Shown here one piece after another: positions 19,932-24,000 of a DNA stretch of 24,000 bases. Location: positions 1 to 24,000 of the forward strand of contig CAIKCI010000021.1 in the NCBI GenBank assembly GCA_903825895.1, written 5' to 3'. The stretch's first letter is position 1; each line of letters begins with the position of its first letter. Position numbers and translations under genes: made by a program. The notes under the pieces are model-generated. The model had not been told where the DNA came from, made no database searches, and worked only from the letters and a program-made list of their open reading frames with translations. The stretch is from an uncultured Actinomycetes bacterium. Lineage in GTDB: Bacteria > Actinomycetota > Acidimicrobiia > Acidimicrobiales > RAAP-2.

Positions 19932-19937
19932 AGGGTA
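19932..19937 (-). promoter_or_regulatory. candidate -10 hexamer TACCCT for a leaderless ispH transcript
   Basis: Minus strand reads ggTACCCTgatagccATG. TAnnnT lies 7 nt from the start. The nearest SD-like AAGGGG is about 14 nt away, which is too far. Confidence 0.35.
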
Positions 19938-19968
19938 CCCCTTAGTCAGTTCCTTCCACCTCAGGCCC

Positions 19969-19974
19969 TAGACT
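19969..19974 (+). promoter_or_regulatory. candidate -10 hexamer TAGACT for a leaderless DUF512-der transcript
   Basis: gcccTAGACTgggcttGTG. TAnnnT lies 6 nt from GTG 19981, with the same hexamer and spacing as at 22854. Confidence 0.45.
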
Positions 19975-19980
19975 GGGCTT

Positions 19981-21354
19981 GTGTCGGCACCTGTAATTAG
20001 TGACGTCGCCGAGGGTTCCCCAGCTTGCGATGCAGGCCTACTCGTCGGCGACGAACTCCTTTCCATTAATGGCGTTGTGCCACTTGATGTCATCGAATAC
20101 CAACAACTCGTCGACAACAGCGTCGTCGAGTTGATCGTCCGCCGCTCTGATGCCTTGATCGATCGCAAGGTAATCATCACTAAGAATGCTGGAGCTCCGC
20201 TGGGGGTTCGAGTGGATTCGGCGGTCTTCGACCGGATCCGCACCTGTGACAACCACTGCGAATTCTGTTTTATCTATCAGCTACCCAAGGGAATGCGGAA
20301 AAGCCTCTACCTCAAAGATGATGACTACCGACTGTCGTTTCTCTACGGCAACTTCACCACGTTGACTCGATTCACTGAGCTCGATGCCGAGCGAGTCCTC
20401 ACCGAGCGCCTCAGCCCGCTTTATGTGTCGATCCATACAACGAATCCTGCGCTGCGGTCTGCGATGTTACGGAATCCTCGCGGAGCTACCAGCTTGCAGT
20501 GGCTTTCTCACCTCCTCGAAGGCGGCATCGAGATTCACGGCCAGATTGTCGTCTGTCCTGGCGTCAACGATGATGCGCACCTTGAGGAGACCCTGCTCGA
20601 CATTCTTGATCGCTTTTCGGCGTTGTGTTCTGTCGGTATCGTGCCGTTAGGAATTTCAGATCACTCCAATGAACCCGCCATGCGGGCGCATAGTGTTGAA
20701 GAGGCGCAACGAACCATCGACCTCGTCGAACAGTACGGCACGGTGAGCGAATCTCTCTTGGGTCGGCGTTTGTTCTACGTTTCCGATGAGTACTACCTGT
20801 TAGCCGAGCGTGATATTCCGTCGGCAGCGTTCTACGAGTCGTTTACGCAAATTGAAAACGGCATTGGATTGATCCGCAGCTTCCTTCAAGAGTTTGAATC
20901 GGGAAAAATCGAATCCAGTCACGACTTCGGCGGCTTTTTTCAATGGGTGGACGGCGCCCCTCCCTGGGGCTATCGATCACCGCGCGGAGAAGTGACCGCC
21001 CAGCGCTCAACAGAGCCTCCGGTGTTACTCACCGGACCCTATGGTGCACCCATTCTTCGATCGCTCCTCAATCAACACGGCTTCGAATCGATTGAGGTGC
21101 TTGAAGTGACCAATACCTTCTTTGGAGGGAATATCGGCGTGGCGGGCCTGATGACCGGCGACGACATTCGCCGAACTATCCTCGCCCATGGCGCCCAAGG
21201 GCGCTACATCATCCCCGACATCTGTTTGCAGGAGAACCGATTCCTCGATGGGCTCGATGTAGCAGATCTCCCGGGGGCCGTTGAAGTCATCGACACCAGT
21301 GGCGCCAGTTTGCGAAGTGTCCTCGAGGCGTCACGTCAAAGGGTTTCGGTCTAA
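19981..21354 (+). CDS. PDZ / radical-SAM / DUF512 protein, function unknown
   Basis: N-terminal PDZ-like segment (VAEGSPACDAGLLVGDELLSING); canonical CX3CX2C (CDNHCEFC); LSFLYGNFTTLT; long C-terminal region resembling DUF512. GTG start lies 6 nt after TAGACT. Confidence 0.8.
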   Translation: MSAPVISDVAEGSPACDAGLLVGDELLSINGVVPLDVIEYQQLVDNSVVELIVRRSDALIDRKVIITKNAGAPLGVRVDSAVFDRIRTCDNHCEFCFIYQLPKGMRKSLYLKDDDYRLSFLYGNFTTLTRFTELDAERVLTERLSPLYVSIHTTNPALRSAMLRNPRGATSLQWLSHLLEGGIEIHGQIVVCPGVNDDAHLEETLLDILDRFSALCSVGIVPLGISDHSNEPAMRAHSVEEAQRTIDLVEQYGTVSESLLGRRLFYVSDEYYLLAERDIPSAAFYESFTQIENGIGLIRSFLQEFESGKIESSHDFGGFFQWVDGAPPWGYRSPRGEVTAQRSTEPPVLLTGPYGAPILRSLLNQHGFESIEVLEVTNTFFGGNIGVAGLMTGDDIRRTILAHGAQGRYIIPDICLQENRFLDGLDVADLPGAVEVIDTSGASLRSVLEASRQRVSV

Positions 21355-21356
21355 TC

Positions 21357-22640
21357 GTGGCGCTCCCTCAAGTTGTCATTGTTGGACGTCCAAATGTGGG
21401 CAAGTCCTCGTTGGTCAACCGTATTGTCGGCAGACGTGAAGCAGTCGTCGAATCTCACCCGGGGGTGACTCGAGACCGCAAACGCGTCGAAGCCGAATGG
21501 TGTGGTGTCTCTTTTGACGTCATCGACACAGGCGGATGGCTCTCTCACGGTGATGAGCTTGATGACAAGGTCTCCGCCCAAGCTTCCAAGGCCCTTGACG
21601 ACGCCGACGTCGTGTTGTTTGTGGTCGATGCGATGACCGGGTTGACCGCAGAAGACGGCGAAGCTGCCGATCTTGTTCGAAAGGCCCAGCGCCCCACTCT
21701 CCTCGTCGTGAACAAGGTTGACGACAACCAGCATGAACACTCGATCTGGGACTTTCTCCAGCTGGGTCTCGGCGACCCCTTTGCCGTGAGCGCACTTCAT
21801 GGGCGCGCTACAGGAGACCTCCTCGATGCGGTTGTCGACCTCCTTCCTCCGGTTGTCGAAACCGAAGATGAGGGCGATGGGATCACTGGTGTAGCCATTG
21901 TAGGGAGACCCAACGTTGGTAAATCTACGTTGTTTAATCAATTGATTGGCGACGAGCGATCAATCATTCACGACATGCCGGGAACCACTCGTGATGCAAT
22001 CGACACCGTGATCGAAACGGACGAAGGTCCACTTCGATTTATTGACACTGCAGGAATGCGACGACGGGCTCGAACGGAGCGTGGTGCAGAACAGCATTCG
22101 GTCATTCGCGCCCTTGATGCGCTTGATCGAGCTGACATCGCACTGCTGGTGATTGATTCGACCATCGGGGCTTCGCACCAGGACCAACGGCTTGCAGAGC
22201 GTATTTCTGCGGCGGGCTGCCCATCAGTGGTCGTCTTGAATAAATGGGACCTTGTCAGCGTTGACAATCGCCCATCGGTGTTGGCCAGCGTGGGGGAGAA
22301 GTTGGCCTTTCTCGGCACTGCTCCCGTGATCAAGATTTCAGCGATGAGCGGAATGGGCGTTCACAAAATACTCCCTGCCATTTTTGAATCCACTGAGGCC
22401 TACCACCAGCGCGTACCAACTGGCTCCCTCAATCGAGCAATTCGAGACCTCCAAGCAGCGCACCCAGCACCGGGAGCACGTATTCGCTATGCCGTACAAG
22501 GAGCGATCGATCCTCCAACGTTTACGCTTTTTGCAAGTGCTCGCTTGCCGGCGACCTACTTGCGGTATGTCGAGCGCTTTTTGAGAGAGAAATTCGATTT
22601 TGGGTCGACACCCATGAAAATCCGCGTTCGGGTCGGCTAA
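21357..22640 (+). CDS. der: ribosome-biogenesis GTPase Der (EngA)
   Basis: Two tandem GTPase domains are present: GRPNVGKSSL/DTGG/NKVD and GRPNVGKSTL/DTAG/NKWD. They are followed by a KH-like C-terminal domain. Confidence 0.93.
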   Translation: MALPQVVIVGRPNVGKSSLVNRIVGRREAVVESHPGVTRDRKRVEAEWCGVSFDVIDTGGWLSHGDELDDKVSAQASKALDDADVVLFVVDAMTGLTAEDGEAADLVRKAQRPTLLVVNKVDDNQHEHSIWDFLQLGLGDPFAVSALHGRATGDLLDAVVDLLPPVVETEDEGDGITGVAIVGRPNVGKSTLFNQLIGDERSIIHDMPGTTRDAIDTVIETDEGPLRFIDTAGMRRRARTERGAEQHSVIRALDALDRADIALLVIDSTIGASHQDQRLAERISAAGCPSVVVLNKWDLVSVDNRPSVLASVGEKLAFLGTAPVIKISAMSGMGVHKILPAIFESTEAYHQRVPTGSLNRAIRDLQAAHPAPGARIRYAVQGAIDPPTFTLFASARLPATYLRYVERFLREKFDFGSTPMKIRVRVG

Positions 22641-22643
22641 CCC

Positions 22644-22838
22644 ATGGCGTGGTGTGACACCTGCGACCGAGTTGTTTCTGACGATGAAGCCATAGACGGG
22701 CGATGTGATCGATGCGAGACCGAGCTCTCCGGGGCCGAGCGAGGCCCACTGCCATGGAAATTTCGGCTCATGATTATTGCCACGGTGATCTATCTCGCCT
22801 ACCGCGCCTATCAAGGCGTCACGTGGTTACTTCACTGA
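22644..22838 (+). CDS. hypothetical small membrane-anchored zinc-ribbon protein (64 aa)
   Basis: CDTC-x13-CDRC (a four-Cys ribbon) followed by a hydrophobic helix, FRLMIIATVIYLAYRAYQGVTWLL. The ATG is 3 nt after the der stop. There is no clear SD and I recognise no homolog, so this is an ORF-level prediction only. Confidence 0.5.
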   Translation: MAWCDTCDRVVSDDEAIDGRCDRCETELSGAERGPLPWKFRLMIIATVIYLAYRAYQGVTWLLH

Positions 22839-22853
22839 GTTACCGGGTCCCTC

Positions 22854-22859
22854 TAGACT
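22854..22859 (+). promoter_or_regulatory. candidate -10 hexamer TAGACT for a leaderless gamma-CA-like gene
   Basis: ccctcTAGACTgcgtccATG. TAnnnT lies 6 nt from ATG 22866. TTCACT lies exactly 17 nt upstream as a -35. Confidence 0.45.
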
Positions 22860-22865
22860 GCGTCC

Positions 22866-23384
22866 ATGCCGCTGTATCAACTTGGTGATCGAGTACCGAA
22901 CATCCACCCCAACGCCTACGTAGCCCCCGAAGCCGTCATCATCGGTTCAGTGACCGTTGGCTCGGAGTCCTCCATCTGGCCGGGAGCAGTCTTGCGTGGT
23001 GATCACGGCGAGATCACCATCGGAGCACAGACCTCTATTCAAGACGGGACAGTGATTCACTGTGGTCCGGGTTTCCCCACCACCATCGGTGACAGGTGTG
23101 TCATTGGCCACGTGGCCCATATTGAAGGTGGCATCCTCGAGGACGATTGTTTGGTTGGATCTGGCTCCACCGTTCTTCACTATGCGCGCGTTTGTTCGTG
23201 GGGTCTCGTCGGTGCGAACGCATTAGTACCTAATAAAATGGTCGTCCCCACCGACACCATGGCCCTCGGCGTCCCGGCGAGGATTAAAGAAGGCGTTGAC
23301 AACCGACTCCTGATCAAACTCTCCGCTGAGCAGTACGTACTCAACGTCCACGAATTCAAGAAAAATCTGAAACGTATCGACTGA
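22866..23384 (+). CDS. gamma-class carbonic anhydrase-like left-handed beta-helix protein (YrdA/PaaY type)
   Basis: Hexapeptide repeats and typical blocks: IHPNAYVAPEAVIIGSVTVG, SIWPGAVLRGD...ITIG..TSIQDG.VIH, IGHVAHIEG. ATG lies 6 nt after TAGACT. Confidence 0.85.
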   Translation: MPLYQLGDRVPNIHPNAYVAPEAVIIGSVTVGSESSIWPGAVLRGDHGEITIGAQTSIQDGTVIHCGPGFPTTIGDRCVIGHVAHIEGGILEDDCLVGSGSTVLHYARVCSWGLVGANALVPNKMVVPTDTMALGVPARIKEGVDNRLLIKLSAEQYVLNVHEFKKNLKRID

Positions 23385-23386
23385 AC

Positions 23387-23464
23387 TGGTCGGGCTGCCG
23401 GGATTTGAACCCGGGACCTCTTGTCCCCCAGACAAGCGCGCTAACCAAGCTGCGCCACAGCCCG
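23387..23464 (-). tRNA. tRNA-Pro, anticodon GGG, 3' CCA encoded
   Basis: Minus-strand read: CGGGCTG-TG-GCGC-AGCTTGGTTA-GCGC-G-CTTGT-CTGGGGA-ACAAG-AGGTC-CCGGG-TTCAAAT-CCCGG-CAGCCCG-A-CCA. This folds as a full cloverleaf with a 7-nt anticodon loop carrying GGG. Confidence 0.9.
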
Positions 23465-23534
23465 TCAAGAACCATTACTCACTCACGAGCAAGGCGATCC
23501 TTGAAGAGCCTTCAGCGTACTCCACGCATGTCTG

Positions 23535-24000
23535 TTACCTGAGAGCGGCCACGGGGAGGGCAAAATAAAGGATGACGATGTAGTGACAAAGAGCCCCTAA
23601 GAAGGTGCCCGAGTGGAACACTTCGTGATAACCAAAGACCCCTGGAATCGGATTCGGGCGGCGGAGACTGTAAGCGAGAGCGCCTGCGGTGTAGCAAAGC
23701 CCTCCAAGGAGAAGCCATGTGCATCCCCACCCTCCCATTGCGTGAAGCAACTGAGGAAGCACGAGTAATGCTGACCAGCCGACGACGATGTAGGGGATAG
23801 CGATTGCCCATTTTGGAGCATCCAGCCAAATTTGACGAAATGCAATCCCCGCTGCGGCTCCCGTCCACATCAACACCAACAGCACGACTCGAGTCGTGCC
23901 CGTCAATGCCAGTCCTACAACGGCTGTGTAGCTTCCCGCTATTGCTACGAAGATTGTGGAGTGGTCGAGCCTCCGCATTCGACGTCGAGCCGGTACACTC
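23535..24000 (-). CDS. hemolysin III / PAQR-family membrane protein, 5' end lies outside the window
   Basis: Multi-TM with IAGSYT and the HEVFH motif. The reading frame stays open upstream of the track Met (..VPARRRMRRLDHS..) to the window edge. Confidence 0.8.
   Translation of the reverse strand, partial: SVPARRRMRRLDHSTIFVAIAGSYTAVVGLALTGTTRVVLLVLMWTGAAAGIAFRQIWLDAPKWAIAIPYIVVGWSALLVLPQLLHAMGGWGCTWLLLGGLCYTAGALAYSLRRPNPIPGVFGYHEVFHSGTFLGALCHYIVILYFALPVAALR

Noticed and set aside
23223-23468. An 81-aa minus-strand ORF spanning the 3' end of the gamma-CA-like gene and the tRNA.
   Set aside because: It is explained by tRNA-Pro (23387-23464), which folds into a complete cloverleaf. The ORF is an artefact.
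23490-23503. The hairpin CAAGGcgatCCTTG between the hlyIII-family stop and the tRNA as an intrinsic terminator, together with T-runs elsewhere in the window.
   Set aside because: The stem is only 5 bp and no U-tract follows on the relevant strand. All T/A runs of 6 or more (for example near 2345, 10596, 11142, 17042 and 20935) lie inside coding sequence. I could not support any intrinsic terminator call.

Overview
This is a very compact stretch of core housekeeping genes. By my calls about 590 of 24,000 bp (about 2.5%) is non-coding. I call 28 protein-coding genes (two truncated at the window edges) and one tRNA-Pro(GGG). Gene order matches, from memory, the conserved actinobacterial neighbourhoods tlyA-nadK-recN-...-pyrG-nudix-xerD and scpA-scpB-rluB-(aroH-tyrA)-cmk-plsC-der (Mycobacterium Rv1692-Rv1713, Streptomyces). 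The source is therefore probably a mid-GC, streamlined member of the Actinomycetota; Acidimicrobiia-like is only a guess. I see no rRNA, CRISPR array, transposase, phage integrase, toxin-antitoxin pair or defence island, and most genes are joined by overlapping or abutting stop/start codons. I did not find a convincing novel multi-gene system and would treat this as an ordinary core region. Second-look items are: (1) a consistent leaderless-promoter pattern, TAnnnT (mostly cTAGnnT) 6-7 nt upstream of the start codon of first-in-operon genes, tied to strong CTAG depletion elsewhere; (2) an HD-domain protein with the six-ligand pattern of PhnZ/MIOX-type diiron oxygenases, in an ispH-HD-GT2 operon; (3) a PDZ/radical-SAM/DUF512 protein of unknown function abutting der; (4) a 64-aa zinc-ribbon plus transmembrane ORF after der; (5) a 3 x 16 bp tandem repeat placing TAA in all three frames after xerD; (6) convergent genes whose stop codons abut or overlap, leaving no room for terminators.
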